NCBI GenBank assembly: GCA_976551045.1
Contig: CDPCPM010000106.1
Span: 23,746,001-23,810,000 of the forward strand
Reading direction: 5' to 3'
DNA length: 64,000 bases
DNA from: Glaucostegus cemiculus
Lineage: Eukaryota
Below are positions 1 to 12,109 of this stretch, piece after piece (the first letter of the stretch is position 1; every line of letters starts with the position of its first letter). The notes beneath the pieces are model-generated. The model ran no database searches and was not told the origin of the DNA. It saw only the letters and a list, made by a program, of their open reading frames with translations. The position numbers and the translations under genes were made by a program.

Positions 1-461
1 GTACAGCACATGGATTCCATGCTGGACTGATTGCATAATGACACACACCTGAGCCCCATCAGGGCCCTAGCATAAGTATCTGGGTTTCTCTAGCACTAGT
101 TGCCAGAGGATTGGCCAACCTTGAAGATTTAGTTTAGTTTCTAGCTGCTTAGAGTGGTCTACTCCAGAGCAGTCTTGTGTTCTCTAGTCCTGTTTGAAGA
201 TTCAGTTTGTGTTGGGATTACTATTCAAATCTCTGAGACAAGATTTCCTTCCAGTGTTGCCTGTGTCCGGTCCTGAGGAAGTATCCTGACTCCAGTCTTG
301 TACTTCAGTTTGTGTTGGGATTACTACTCAGATCTCCGAGGCAAGATTTTCTTCCAGTGTTGCCTGTGTTTGGTCCTGAGGAAGTATCCTGACTCCAGTC
401 GTGTACCAGTGTGCTGCATTTGGGTTCTCTGTGAGCTTGCTCTTCAGTCAACATTGTGACA
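1..461 (+). mobile_element. Solo LTR-like element, 5' end outside the window; same family as 29750-30146
   Basis: Bases 1-120 and about 310-460 align by eye to the reverse complement of 29750-30092 (e.g. GGGGCTCAGGTGTGTGTCATTATG, CATGGAATCCATGTGCT). It ends in TGTGACA, and LINE sequence starts right after it. Confidence 0.7.
201..406 (+). repeat. Two-copy 103-bp tandem duplication inside the LTR
   Basis: 201-303 and 304-406 both read TTCAGTTTGTGTTGGGATTACTA...GAGGAAGTATCCTGACTCCAGTC.TGTAC with only a few mismatches. Confidence 0.95.
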
Positions 462-998
462 CTCATCATAGTCTTGGTCCAAACATGGACAGAAGAGCTG
501 CACTCCAGAGGTGATATGAGAGTAACTTCCTTGACATTAAGGCAGCATTTGATTGAGTATGACATCAAGGAACTCTGGCTAAATTGGAGCCAATGGGAAT
601 CTGGGGAAAACACATCCATTGGATGGAATCATACCTCGTACAAAGGAAGATGGCCATGGCGGTTGGAGGTCAATCACCTGAGCCACAGGATAAATCTGCA
701 GGAGTTCCTCAGGGTAGTGTCCTTGGCCCAACCATCTCCAGCTGCTTCATCAATGACCTTCCTTCAATCATCAGGTCAGAATTAGGGATATTCACTGATG
801 ATTGTACAATGTTTGGTACCATTCATGATAAAAATGAAGCAGACAATATCTAAGCCTGGGTTGATAGGGTGCAAGTAACATTTGTAACACACAAGTGCCA
901 GGCAATGATGATAGCCAACAAGAGGAAATCCAGCTTTCACCCCTAACACTCACTGGTTACCATTGACCAGAAACTGAACTGGAATAGCCACATAAACA
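462..998 (+). mobile_element. Decayed non-LTR retrotransposon (CR1/L2-group) reverse transcriptase fragment
   Basis: Translates SAGVPQGSVLGPTISSCFINDLPSIIRSELGIFTDDCTMF, i.e. the RT QGSxLGP motif and a (F/Y)ADD-like motif. Frameshifted. Confidence 0.9.
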
Positions 999-2099
999 AT
1001 GATACAATCTTGTTTGACACCAACTTTCATTAGAAGTTGCTCTGTTGTGGATTCATTGGTTAGTAAGACAGGTTGTATGATGCCATGAAGTAAACAAATA
1101 TGCATTTTGTGAACATATAACTTAATGAAATGCATTCTCATTGTGTGCAAATACTATTGCTATTTCTTCAGGGATAAGTCACATTAGTGTGGCAGCTGTC
1201 AGCATCAATGTTTACCCTGCCATGCCTCATCTAGGAAGTTTGCTATTGTCATGCATTTTTATGAGTATGTTTGAAGTTAATCTTGATTGCTTTCCCTTTA
1301 AGAATTGTAAGTTTACTGCTGTAGATCTTATGACAATGAGGTATAAAGATTCATGCTTTGCTGCTGTATCCTCCTGGCAATGATTGCAAATCACCCCAGT
1401 GATAAGTTGATTCTTATCTTGGAATTCTTTTCTCCTGTTTGTTCTGCTCTTATTCTAGTTGTCATGGCCACCTCTAGAGGTAGAGGAATATGAGAGAGGT
1501 CGTAAGGTGAGATGGAGTATTGCTCTATTGTGCCCCCTTTCCAGAGACCCCTGTTTCATGAAGGATTGAAAGGGACAAGGTTAGATGAGTAAGCTTCAAT
1601 GAAAAGTGATGGCTTGTGCAGGGAAATATGACACAACATTGATCAAATTGAACTGTTGAGGGCTGTGGGTTTTTAAAGCTGATGCTCAACAGTTGTGCTC
1701 CATTCTGCCCTTTTTTAAGTTCTGTTTATTATTTTTTTTCCACATCTGTGTTGTGTTGTGCTTTGCCCTGCCTTGTCTTGTAAGCAGACAGCATATGGAG
1801 TGACCATCAAATATCAACCATGCATCTTTGCTGGTATGAGAATATTTGAAGATTCTTCATATGGATAGGATTGTGTCATCTTCATTAAAGGGCTCCCACA
1901 TACAAACAGTATTGCAATGGACATCCAGGTTGGTGCGGTGTTAATGAACCATCACCACCTACAGCATGAGCACTGTGTGTGATACAAAGTAAATCAAGAA
2001 AGAAAATGTATGAGAGAAATGTTAGGAAGCACGATTAATCAAGGGATGAATATCTCAAGAAAATAAAAAAAAAACATTATTTAAAAAATGCTCTTGCAA

Positions 2100-2760
2100 T
2101 GTAGGAAATATTGGCACACGTGGGAAATAAAAAGTTGATCATATTTTATGTGACTGGAATCACAAATAGGTGAGAACAGGTAGATGTGGCAGGTTTATGT
2201 ACCTGAAGAACATTAGGGAATCATTTACAATGTAAGATTATTTTTAAACCTAACACTCACAAAGCAACAAATTGAATGAATACATTTTTTCAGCCTGCCA
2301 TAGTGGAAATCTGGAAAAAAATGACCTCTGGGTTATTACATTTGTGCTATTACACTAGAATATTGTGGAAATGTACTGGTAATGACAAAATATAAGGCCT
2401 ATCAGGAAAGGATGAGCAGAAATTAATCAAGATAGTTAACCTCTTGTTTTCTTTTCCTTGATGTTTACAAAATAGGATATTGGGGACCAAGGTAAATTTT
2501 GCAATAGTTGTAAAAGAAATTAGAAATATTATAAAAACTTTAAAAAAAAAAAAAAGAATTTTAGGAATTGATTCATCTGAATAAAGACAAACTACCAGAA
2601 TCTATTGGGAAACATTTTGTAGTTTCCTGAGATATAGCCCTGGACTGGAAGGGAAATGGGGGAATGAGGAAAAAGTGTCCTAATGTTTAGATTGGATCTG
2701 TACCAGAAGACTGGTATATGGTGAATGCAATATTAATTTTCAAAAGACAGAGATTTAAAC
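2100..2760 (+). mobile_element. Very degenerate CR1 ORF2 fragment
   Basis: GSVPEDWYMVNAILIFKR at about 2695-2750 resembles the CR1 motif VPEDWxxANVxPxFKKG. Confidence 0.5.
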
Positions 2761-2784
2761 ACAGGCAGACTGAACAAGTGTTAT

Positions 2785-3103
2785 CCAGACCTTTTCCCAG
2801 TACGATAATGGCTAACACGAGGGGACATCATTTTAAAGTGATTGGAGGAAGATATAAGGGGGATGTAAGAGGTAAGTTTTTTTTCCACAGAGAGTGGTGG
2901 TTGCGTGGAATGCACTGCCGGCAGCGGTTGTGGGGGCAGATACATTAGGGACATTTAAGAGACTCTTAGATAGACACATGAATGATAGTGAAATGGGGGA
3001 CTATGTGGGAAGGAGGGATTAGATAGATCTTAGAGCAGGATAAAATGTCAGCACAACATTGTGGGCCGAAGGGCCTGTACTGTGGTGTAATGTTCTATGT
3101 TCT
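2785..3103 (+). mobile_element. CR1/HER1-type LINE 3' end, relatively well preserved
   Basis: TRGHxFKV..G..RGKFF..RVV..WNALP C-terminal coding followed by the tail GTGGGCCGAAGGGCCTGTACTGTG...TGTTCTATGTTCT. Confidence 0.9.
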
Positions 3104-3789
3104 CTGATACGGTGGCCTGCTTGGAAGCTAAAAACTAGTTAATTTCCAGATATAAGTTCTACAAAAATACAGCAAAATTTCAAGCATATAGAGTGTGGAA
3201 TGATGTTTAATCTGTCAATATCAAATTAAAGTGAATTAAATGCTATTAATGATTGACATAAATATTTATGAATTTTCAGCAGTTTACAAATAAATTTTAT
3301 TTTTAAAACTGACTAAAAAAGACAATAAGAACATTTTTTCTTGCTTCCTAGGGTAGACAGTTGAACAGAAATTGAATCAGAAATAACCCTGTGAATCATC
3401 ATGCCGCCTTTTGCAACAAAGTTTTCTCGTCCTAATTTATAATAACATTAAATTCAAATATATATTAACAATGTAAAGTTAATCCAAAAACTCCTGGGAA
3501 CCTCATCAGGAAAAGGTGGAATTTTAAAAAACTGTGCAAAAATAAAAAAGAATCAGTCTAATAGTGGCAAAAGGAATGCACAGACCATGAATTAGTTTCT
3601 TTCTTTAAAGAAAAGCCTTCTGGAGTTTATGAAAATTGAAGTGTGAAACTTTAAAAAATTACATTAAAACAACATTAAAGAAATTCAAGTGTGGAAAATT
3701 TTCACTTTTAGTAACAAATGTTGATACCAGAGAGAAAGAGTTCATAAAATAGAATACACAGGGCAGGTGTCAGTAAACAAATAGCACAG

Positions 3790-4270
3790 AATCATAAAAC
3801 CAGCTCTGAGAGGAGGCCATTTGCCCCATCATTCCTATATTTGCTCTAAGAAGCAGCATTTGCATTTTGCCCTAAATTCTACTCTTTTTTGGAATGTGGT
3901 AAATTTTCCATCCCCAGGATGTCTTCATAATGTTTTTAATATTATTTTTTGATGTAGCTTCCATGACCTTTTCAAACAAATCATTCCAAATTCTGACAAC
4001 TTCAAGTGAAAAAAATCCTCATTTCCTTTAGTTGGATCTTTTGTAACATTCATTAGATCTCTGTCCTCCGGTTGTTGAACTCAGATTAAATAGTTTTCCT
4101 CAATCTTTATTAAAACCTTTCCACAATTTGAAAAGCTCTATTAAGTTATCTTTTAATACTTAATATTCCAAAGAGGACAGTTTCAACTTCTCCAGCCTCA
4201 CCTCATAACTGAGGTCCTTTCTCTTTGGTAACAACTTGATGATCCTCTTCAGTCCCCTTTCTAGCAAATT
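3790..4270 (-). mobile_element. Degenerate CR1 LINE 3' region
   Basis: Reverse-complement tail signature GGAGGCCATTTGCCCCATC, followed by typical antisense CR1 ORF2 C-terminal sequence. Confidence 0.65.
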
Positions 4271-4976
4271 TTTAAATTGATATAATCGCCTGACACAGCA
4301 GTGATGGGGCTTGCTTCTATTCTTACTTTTCTTTGCTTCAACTAAGCCCTGACTGCCCAGTTATGAATGTTTAGTAAATACAGGAATAACCATTCAGTTT
4401 TTTATGTTGACAGACATATGTAAATGAGCAACTAATGGTTTCTCTGGACTTGGAAGTTGTAAAGGAAGACATAGGTAGCAATGTTTGGATCAAATCCCAA
4501 AATAAATAAGTTACACATTCATTTTCTTCAGCAAGGAATGCTTGGGAGATTCTGGGCAGTCACGAATGAACCCTGAATATCTGCACATGTGTGCTAAAAT
4601 CATTGTTCCATATGCTACATTGCATTGAACTAAAAATAGTGCAGTCAATAGCCACATGACAGTCATTAGCGGCTAGAACTTTGGTTGGCACTACTATAAT
4701 TCATTGGGCAACAGATCTTGCCTCTCTTTGGATGAAACACAAGAGGTAAGGGTTTGGGAGTGGAGGAGTTTTAACCCCAGAATGGGTGGGTTGGTGTGGG
4801 CTGGGTAGAAAGTTAAAGTATTAAAAACCCAAATCAGAGCCCATCTTGTCCCAAGGTTGCTTATTTTTCCAGCTTGAATGAAGGCAGGAGGAGTGGTGGG
4901 TGATGAGGCAGATCCATTTTGCAAACCTTTATTTTCACCTTTTTTCCAATTTTTACTATAGTCTTTTTTTAATATC

Positions 4977-5274
4977 AGATAAGACTTCTTTATTAGTCAC
5001 ATGTACATTGGAACACACAGTGAAATGCATCTTTTGCATAGAGTTCTCTGGGGACAGCCCACAAGTGTCACCATGCTTCCGCTGCCAACATAGCATGCCC
5101 ACAACTTCCTAACCTGTACATCCTTGGAATGTGGGAGGAAACCGGAGCACCCGGAAGAAACCCACGCAGACACGGGGAGAACATACAAACTCCTTACAGA
5201 CAGCAGCCAGAATTGAACCTGGGTCACTGCTGCTGTAAATCATTACGTTAACTGCTATACTACCATGCCTGCCC
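4977..5274 (-). mobile_element. tRNA-derived V-SINE with a CATGTGACTAATAAAG-type tail
   Basis: On the minus strand: A/B-box-like head, V-domain GCGTGGGTTTCTTCCGGGTGCTCCGGTTTCCTCCCACA, and a tail shared with 22713-22966 and 53426-53688. Confidence 0.9.
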
Positions 5275-6174
5275 AGAAAACTAGTTAGTCAGCTAGTCAG
5301 CCAAGTTTCCAGAAAACAAATGGAGATGAGAAGAGCCATTTCCAAAAATTATGTGTCTTACAGTGTTGTCTATGGGCTAGGAGGTTCAAGAAGCCTCCAC
5401 TTAGTTATTACTACAAACACTCCACAATAAGCAACCTCTCATACAGCCCACTCTCCTCTCCTTGCCCACCCCCCCTCCTTTGTCTCTGACCTCTTTCCCC
5501 TTACCTTCACCATGTCCTTGTGGCTTTGGAAATCAGTGAAAAGGAAGGTAAGAGTGAAAGTAAAGATGAATTGAAAAGCATATGTAAAATTAGACACTGT
5601 AGTTGAATTATTTCTGCAGCTCATTTCTCCCTTGTCAAGAGCAACCTTTCAAAACAAACAGAAATATTCATTTCATCTATCACTCAATGTTCCTGTTCAC
5701 CATCAAGATCTTATGATTATATTACCTTGTCACACAGGCATATGAAAATCTGTCTCTTGAAACAATAAGCAAACGGGTTAACTATCTTTTCAACAAGAAT
5801 CAATTTGCCTTTTTTTTAAACTGTGTATCTGAAAATGTCCTCTCTCTCAAAGATCAAAAGGCATCAAACATACTGTAATATTTTTCAGTTCAGAAGAACA
5901 CATCACATGAATGATCAGCTCTGTCTGGTAACCATCGGAATTTCAGACAATCAATACCAGCTTTCATAGAAATATGTTCACATAATCACAATGAAATCAT
6001 TAGCTTTCATTTATCTCCCCCTCCTGCTTGTTTATTGCAAAATAATACATGGCCGTTCTGATTAGAAATGGTTCTGGGCAATTCAACACAGAGACTTTTG
6101 AAATGTGTTATGATATATTTTAAGACCCTCCACCTCTTTTAAATCCTGAATTACTTCAGCTGTATTGACACAAG

Positions 6175-6270
6175 TATACAAGAAAATAGGTCACTAGTCT
6201 GCCCCACCATTCAATATGATCATGGCTGATCTATGCTTCTGTGCCAGTTCCCCATAACCCTCAATTCCTC
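6175..6270 (-). mobile_element. CR1 3' tail fragment
   Basis: CCACCATTCAATATGATCATGGCTGATCT is the antisense of the common CR1 tail. Confidence 0.7.
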
Positions 6271-8652
6271 AACAGCAGCGTGCTTCAGTTGAATTGCATT
6301 ACTCTACTTTTAAGAGTACCCAGTGAAATAACATAAACAAATGTAATGACATGTTAAGAATTTAAAATTAGTAAAACACAGTGGCCTGGGTGAACTAACT
6401 TACTGATCAGAAAGCCTTACACTAACGCCTGCATTACACTTGGCCTGAAAGTGATTCTTCTGGGAGCTTTGTTCAATTCCAGGATTTTTCGTGATTCTTT
6501 CATTCAGAAATTATTGTTATATTTAAAATTCTTATTTAGATTTTATAATAGGTTTAATTCAGGGAAAGTTCATTTAAGCTTAGTTTGCTCTTTCATACAA
6601 TAATCAGATAATCATGCATACTGAAGAATAAAAGACATAGCCACCATTCCAGATCTTGAAACTAAAGGGCATGAATCTGTCCCTCAAAATGAACACGTAG
6701 AGTAAAGCAATTTAACTGCTTATTTACTTCAAGACCAATACTCATTGTTCTATGCTTTGAAACGATGCAACAACTTCTGTGCAGGATGTGGTGGACATTA
6801 AGCAGGAAGCAGGATTGGAAGCTTGGATCTTTTTGAAGGTGTTTGGGGCATTGGTAAAATGAAGAAGTTGGTGGAAGGTTACTGGGGCATGAAAGCCTTA
6901 CTGTCAGTGAAAAACGGCAGTGTCAGTGAGGACAGGTATGGAGTCAGGCTACATAAAGGGATGCCTTTTAACTTGGAAACACGCTCTGTGTCTTCATAAC
7001 TCACACAATAGTACAGATAATATGACTGACCAAAAGAAGCTCAGCTGCAGTGAATTCTCTAACCTTTTGAAGGTTCTATCTAATAACAATGTTATTCCCA
7101 GCCAGAATGAATTTGAATGGTTAATTTCCCTGTGATTGTTGTGTAATAGACAATTTGCTGTGAGGTCAGTCACATGCTCCACCTCACTCCCTACTCATTG
7201 GCTGGCATGATATTGTCAATCATCACTTTTTATGAACAGTCAGGGTGTGGGTGTTCTTCCTTTTCATTCTGATGAAAATTTCCACCTTGCTGATTTAGAC
7301 AGAATCTGCTCGACTTCTTCTAATCCTTTATTTGCGATAACCATTCCTTATGCTTGCTATATTGTGTGGTCTTCTTTATTTCGTCCGAGTGCTCCAGACA
7401 AATTCTTGAGAGACCTGTGGCAAATCTGTGATTGATCTGTGTTAGTAACTGGATGACTTTCTTCTTTGACTATCTTTGCAAGATTTTTATTTGTAATGAT
7501 TAGCTTTTGGTTATTTGTACCTGTTCCTTCTTAATTCTTGGTTAAATTGCTTAATAAAAGAATCTGGATGAATTTCTTTCCTATATAATAAGGGAATTGT
7601 TATGTTTCCTTCCTTGACACTATAAGGAGGATCATGAGCCTACCAGGGGCTCGATATTCCCATGGGCTATCATTTAGAACATTGGGTTAATGTATTTATG
7701 TCAAATTCCTGTATGAGCCATTTCAATGAAATCATTAACCTGGTTATTTAAACCAGTGCATTTGGACTGTTAGAGCTGACCCTCAGTTTCTGCACTCCAG
7801 TCAGATCAGGATTAAAACCAATGAAAATATGAATTAATATATATCAATAAGAACCATATGAGATTTTTCCTGATGCTCAGAATCTCAATGCTTTTCAATT
7901 TATTCTGTTTCTTTCTTTAGAAGCAATGTGTTCGATTCCATTAATATATTATAGATTGTTAGGTGTTAGACAGCAAAAGCAAGCATGGGTTAGCAAATAC
8001 TATTTAAATATAAAAAATGTTTAGGTTAAAACAGAATTAGTTTAGGACACAGGGTGCTGAGCATCACCAAAAGGAAAAAGAAAATTGTTAAGAAATTTCA
8101 CTGGATGTTCAAACCTCAAAATTCAGCCTTAGAGCAAAAGTCCCAGAGGTCTTTGCGAAGTGTCAACTTCCTGTGTAAGCAGAACTAATGATGGAGAGAT
8201 AAAAGTAAAAGCTTGATTCCGGAACTCTCAGGAGATGTGGCAGACACTTTGAGACCTGCAATCAAAAGGAGCTCATTCTGAGATCAAAGCTGCCCGTGCA
8301 TTGATCTTGGGGCGGTTTCTGCCGGGCTTCTAATTCCACCCAATAGAGCTGCACAGGATTTAGTCATCTCGTTTCACCAACCACCCCCCACTAAAAAAAA
8401 TCAAATACTCTCTTTTATTATGGGGTCCAGGAGTGATAACATCCAGTGATTCTTTCAGGCGACTGCTTGGACAAGTTAGGAAGGCACATTTGTGTCTGCA
8501 TGTGGGACGCAAGTGGAATTGAAACCCTGAAGCAATTTATTCATTGCATTGAAGAAAGTACTGAGAATTGGAATAGATTTAAAGCAGTAATTCCACAAAT
8601 TCTAATGACATCATAAATTGTTAAAAGATATTTATTAGCAATTAATTAGCAG

Positions 8653-8977
8653 TGGGTGGCACATCTAACAGAGCTGCTGCCTCACAGCTCCAGCGGCCAG
8701 AGTTTGCTCCTGAGCTTGAGTGCTGTCTGTGTGGAGTTTGCAGATTCTCCTTGTGGGTTTCCTTCGAGCACTCCAGTTTCCTCCCATGTCCCTAAAATGT
8801 GCGAGTTGGTAGATTAATTGATTGCTGTGAATTGTCCTGTAGTAGAGTCTGGTGGGATTTGATGGGAATGTGGGAATAATAAAATAATAGGATTAGTGTC
8901 TATGGGTACTCTGATGGTCAGTCTGGACTCAATGGCCTGAAGGGCCTGTTTCCATGCTTGATGACTCCATGACTCTT
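8653..8977 (+). mobile_element. HE1-like V-SINE
   Basis: Head GCTGCTGCCTCACAGCTCCAG, V-domain GTCTGTGTGGAGTTTGCA...GTTTCCTCCCA, and CR1-type tail GAAGGGCCTGTTTCCATG. Confidence 0.85.
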
Positions 8978-9044
8978 TGACTAGCTAAGTGGCATCCAGT
9001 GTGACCTCTGTTCTACCGAAACAAGTTGTCTACTCTTTAAGTTT

Positions 9045-9370
9045 GATCACAGATGCACTGAAGAGAAATGTGGTAGCTAATTTACACATTGCAAACTATG
9101 CAGACATGAATAAGGACATAATCAGGGAGTCTGTTGTAGTTAATGCTGGTAGTGGGATATCAAGGCACCAATGAAAACTCTGATTTTCTTTGAAATAGTG
9201 TCAATGGGTCATTATCATCAGTAGATGGGTCTTCAATTTAACATCTTGTCCAATAAACGACATCTCCAACTGTTCAGCACTCCCTCAGGAAGCATACATT
9301 TCATCTTAGATTACACACTACATTTTCTGAAAAGAGACAGAACCTTCTTATGTGAGAGCATTACCACCAG
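9045..9370 (-). mobile_element. Degenerate Deu-domain SINE (SacSINE1/AmnSINE-like)
   Basis: GAAATAGTGTCAATGGG...TTTAACATCTTGTCC...CAGCACTCCCTCAG matches the antisense of the elasmobranch DeuSINE pattern, recalled from memory. Confidence 0.6.
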
Positions 9371-9396
9371 TTCAAGGCAAGTACAAACTAACATAA

Positions 9397-9850
9397 ACAT
9401 ACAAGAAATCGAAACAGGAGCAGGCCATTTGGCACCATGTGCCTTCGCTAATCAGTAATTTTGTAGCTGATATATTACTCCATGTCTCTTGATTCCCTTA
9501 ATACCCCAACATCTCTGGATCTCTGTCTTGAATATCACCAGTGACTGAACTTCCACAGCCCCCTAGGGTAGAAAATGCCAAAGATTCATTAAGCTCTGGG
9601 TGAAGAAATTGCCTCTTATCTCAGTCCTCAATGAGTGACCTCTCACTTTAAGAATATGGTGACTTAATTTGAAAGTCCCAAATAGAGAAACATCATCCCA
9701 ATATCTACCCTGTTTGGGCATTTAAGCATACTGTATATTTCAATGAGTTCACCCTTTGTTGTTTTAAACTTTAGAATGTAATCCCAATGATATGACAATC
9801 CCAGGAATCAATTTAGTAAATTTTTATTGCACTCCCTCTAAGACAGGTTA
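9397..9850 (-). mobile_element. CR1 LINE 3' region
   Basis: AGAAATCGAAACAGGAGCAGGCCATTTGGC tail, and CCACAGCCCCCTAGGGTAGAAAATGCCAAAGATTCA (antisense of a WNSLP-like region). Confidence 0.75.
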
Positions 9851-9859
9851 ATCTGATTT

Positions 9860-11320
9860 CTTGAATTATTGCATGTAATCCTTTCCTCATTTTTACTATA
9901 TGAATGTCCTAAGCTAAAAATGTCTTGGAATATTGTTTTGATCACAAGTATGTGGTTCCTCAGCCATGAATCACATTGATGCGTTACAGTCACAGTTTTA
10001 TTTTGATAGTGTGCATATATCAGTTAATTGAGGTTCAACAATCTGAAGAGCACCAGGACTCTTTAACTCAATCTTTATGAGGAGAAGGACTTTTATTTCA
10101 TGATTGACTTTGTCCACAAACTAGGCATAAGCCATATTAATGCAATATCTCAATTGCAGCAGAGGTATGTTCCAAGGGGACACTGAGAAATTCTCCTTCT
10201 TGCTAACATTGCTGTCTTCTTTCTGGATGCAGTCCCAAAGGTTTTGGCCACACTCCAAATTTCATACTTCATTTGGGATCTTATGATACTGAAGCTTAGG
10301 CTTTGTGATTACTGTTCTCTTAATACTAGTACTGAGCCATTGACTGAATGGTGAAGGCATCATGAAAAATATCTCACTAAAATGACTGCCAGAAAACCAT
10401 TGTATTGCAATGGGCACTATGGCCAATCTCCCTTCAGTTTTCAGGCATCCACTTTGAAAACTGGTTATCATTTGATAGAAGGATACTATTCTTCATTCAG
10501 AACTGCAGACTCATTGTTTCGAGGTAGTAGTAGGAATTTTACACTTATCTAACTGAGCATAGACCATTGATTGAACTTAAACTTTCTGGCCTACATGGTC
10601 CAACTGTGCATTTAAACTCTTCTCTGGGGATCTTTGCCAAAACATCTCGATCAATTGTAAATCCTTTTTGGGTTTTTGCCAGAGGAATATCGAAAAAGAA
10701 ATAGAGCACCAGGAGTAATGAAATTTGGTTTTTTTGCACATATTAATTTAACTATAAGTTCATAACTCATTTACAATCAGCAAAAATTCACCAAATATAT
10801 AGTCTTTCAACATATCCAACATCAGTGTTTTGCCATTGTTGACATTACTTCAGTGCAAGTCTGATGAAAATCCCATGCCAGCAATGTTCATTATACCTAT
10901 TGCAGTTTGAATTTCTAATTTGGAAGAACTACAACTCACTCATAAAAGATCAGATTTTTTTTGGATCACAGATTGTGCAATTAGAATGTCATCAAAAATT
11001 CGTGCAGAACATATGAAACAAAACATGCCAAATGTGGTGTATTTTGCACTGAAAATAATCTACAAATACCTTAAGCTCATATCAAATCAAATGATTTTGT
11101 CTGATCTCATTGGAGAAGGCTGTAACAGAAATACTTTAAACAGGACTGTTGAACCACTTGAGAGGATCTTTGAGATTTCTGCACAAAACTGTCCATGCAC
11201 AGAAATTCCAAATATGCTGCCAGTTTCATGGTGTCAGCATGATAAACACCTATGGATTTCAATTCATGACAAATGAAAAATTGAGCTGTTACCTTTGTGA
11301 CCCCTTCCTATGTGCAATAA
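9860..11320 (-). mobile_element. Highly decayed L1/Tx1-clade ORF2 (RT to C-terminal) fossil
   Basis: Across frameshifts the minus strand gives, in L1 order: KSIGVYHADTMKLA (~RPISLLNxDxKILA), DQTKSFDLI (~DQEKAFDRV), YL..I..KY..FG..FI, FGEF, LAKIPREEFKC (~LxKIxxDLxxW), KTEGRLAIVP (~KxxGGLALP). Confidence 0.6.
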
Positions 11321-11449
11321 GGCTGCTGTGATTATCCACACAATAACAGTGCCACACAAAAGCTCTGCATTGCAAAAATAATTAGCTGACTGAAAATATT
11401 TTGGATGTCCTGAGGTTCTGAAATGGTGGGATTTTCCAATAGGATATAA

Positions 11450-11535
11450 AAGCAAAAAGGAAACTACTGGAAGAACTCACCGGTCAGGCAGCATCTGCAG
11501 AGGCAATGGGATGGCAGACATTTCAGGTGGAGACT
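11450..11535 (-). mobile_element. Penelope-like element terminal repeat fragment
   Basis: CTGGAAGAACTCACCGGTCAGGCAGCATCTG...ACATTTCAGG, the same terminus type as 47280-47450. Confidence 0.6.
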
Positions 11536-12109
11536 GGCAGAGGGATGATTGAGGCAGTCCTGCTCTGTGGGCCAGCTTCAGGAAACCTACACTGCACCAG
11601 CAACTCCTCAAAGAGTCTGCTGATGCGTGGTCAACTTCCACAGATTTCCCAGTGCTCATGGAGGAATATCAGCTCACTGATTCAGCCTCGGGGACAGGGG
11701 ACCTGTTGAAATAAATGGGAGCTGCTGGGAGAAAAACAATGGCAACTTCTTATTTAGTTTAGTTCAGGGAGTTTAAATATTTTAAATTGTTTTTAAGTGT
11801 GTGTTACACCTTAAAATTTCTTCTATAAGTTTTATAAACACAATTTTGTTTTAATTTCAAAACATGGTTTGAGGGATTTTAAATATTTGTGAATATGAAA
11901 ATCTTTCTGAGACAAACTTGGGATAAGCATTATGCTGCAATTTGCTTTGTTGATGAGCTGGGAGCCAGCTTCCTGGTGGAATGACACGTGGGCTCATACT
12001 GAAAGAAAGAGTGTGATATGGGGCTAGTGGCCATCAATTTCTGGACAGTGGAAGATCTGTCCATTGAGCTGTATTTATGTGTCTACCATGGAGCAAAACT
12101 ACTTCTAAT

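Noticed and set aside
7320-7430. Possible terminal exon GLSRICLEHSDEIKKTTQYSKHKEWLSQIKD after TACTAAC on the minus strand
   Set aside because: No polypyrimidine tract, several competing AGs and no upstream exons found; the region may be L1 debris.
10073-10710. Plus-strand frame resembling a Harbinger transposase, and minus-strand IVPIAIQ (lipoxygenase-like) and NNGKT (Walker A-like, ~10830) words
   Set aside because: The motif spacing is wrong for each, and the ordered L1 RT motifs on the minus strand explain the region better.
10920-11276. 118-aa plus-strand ORF
   Set aside because: It lies antisense to the L1 fossil, has no recognisable domain and has a non-ATG start.
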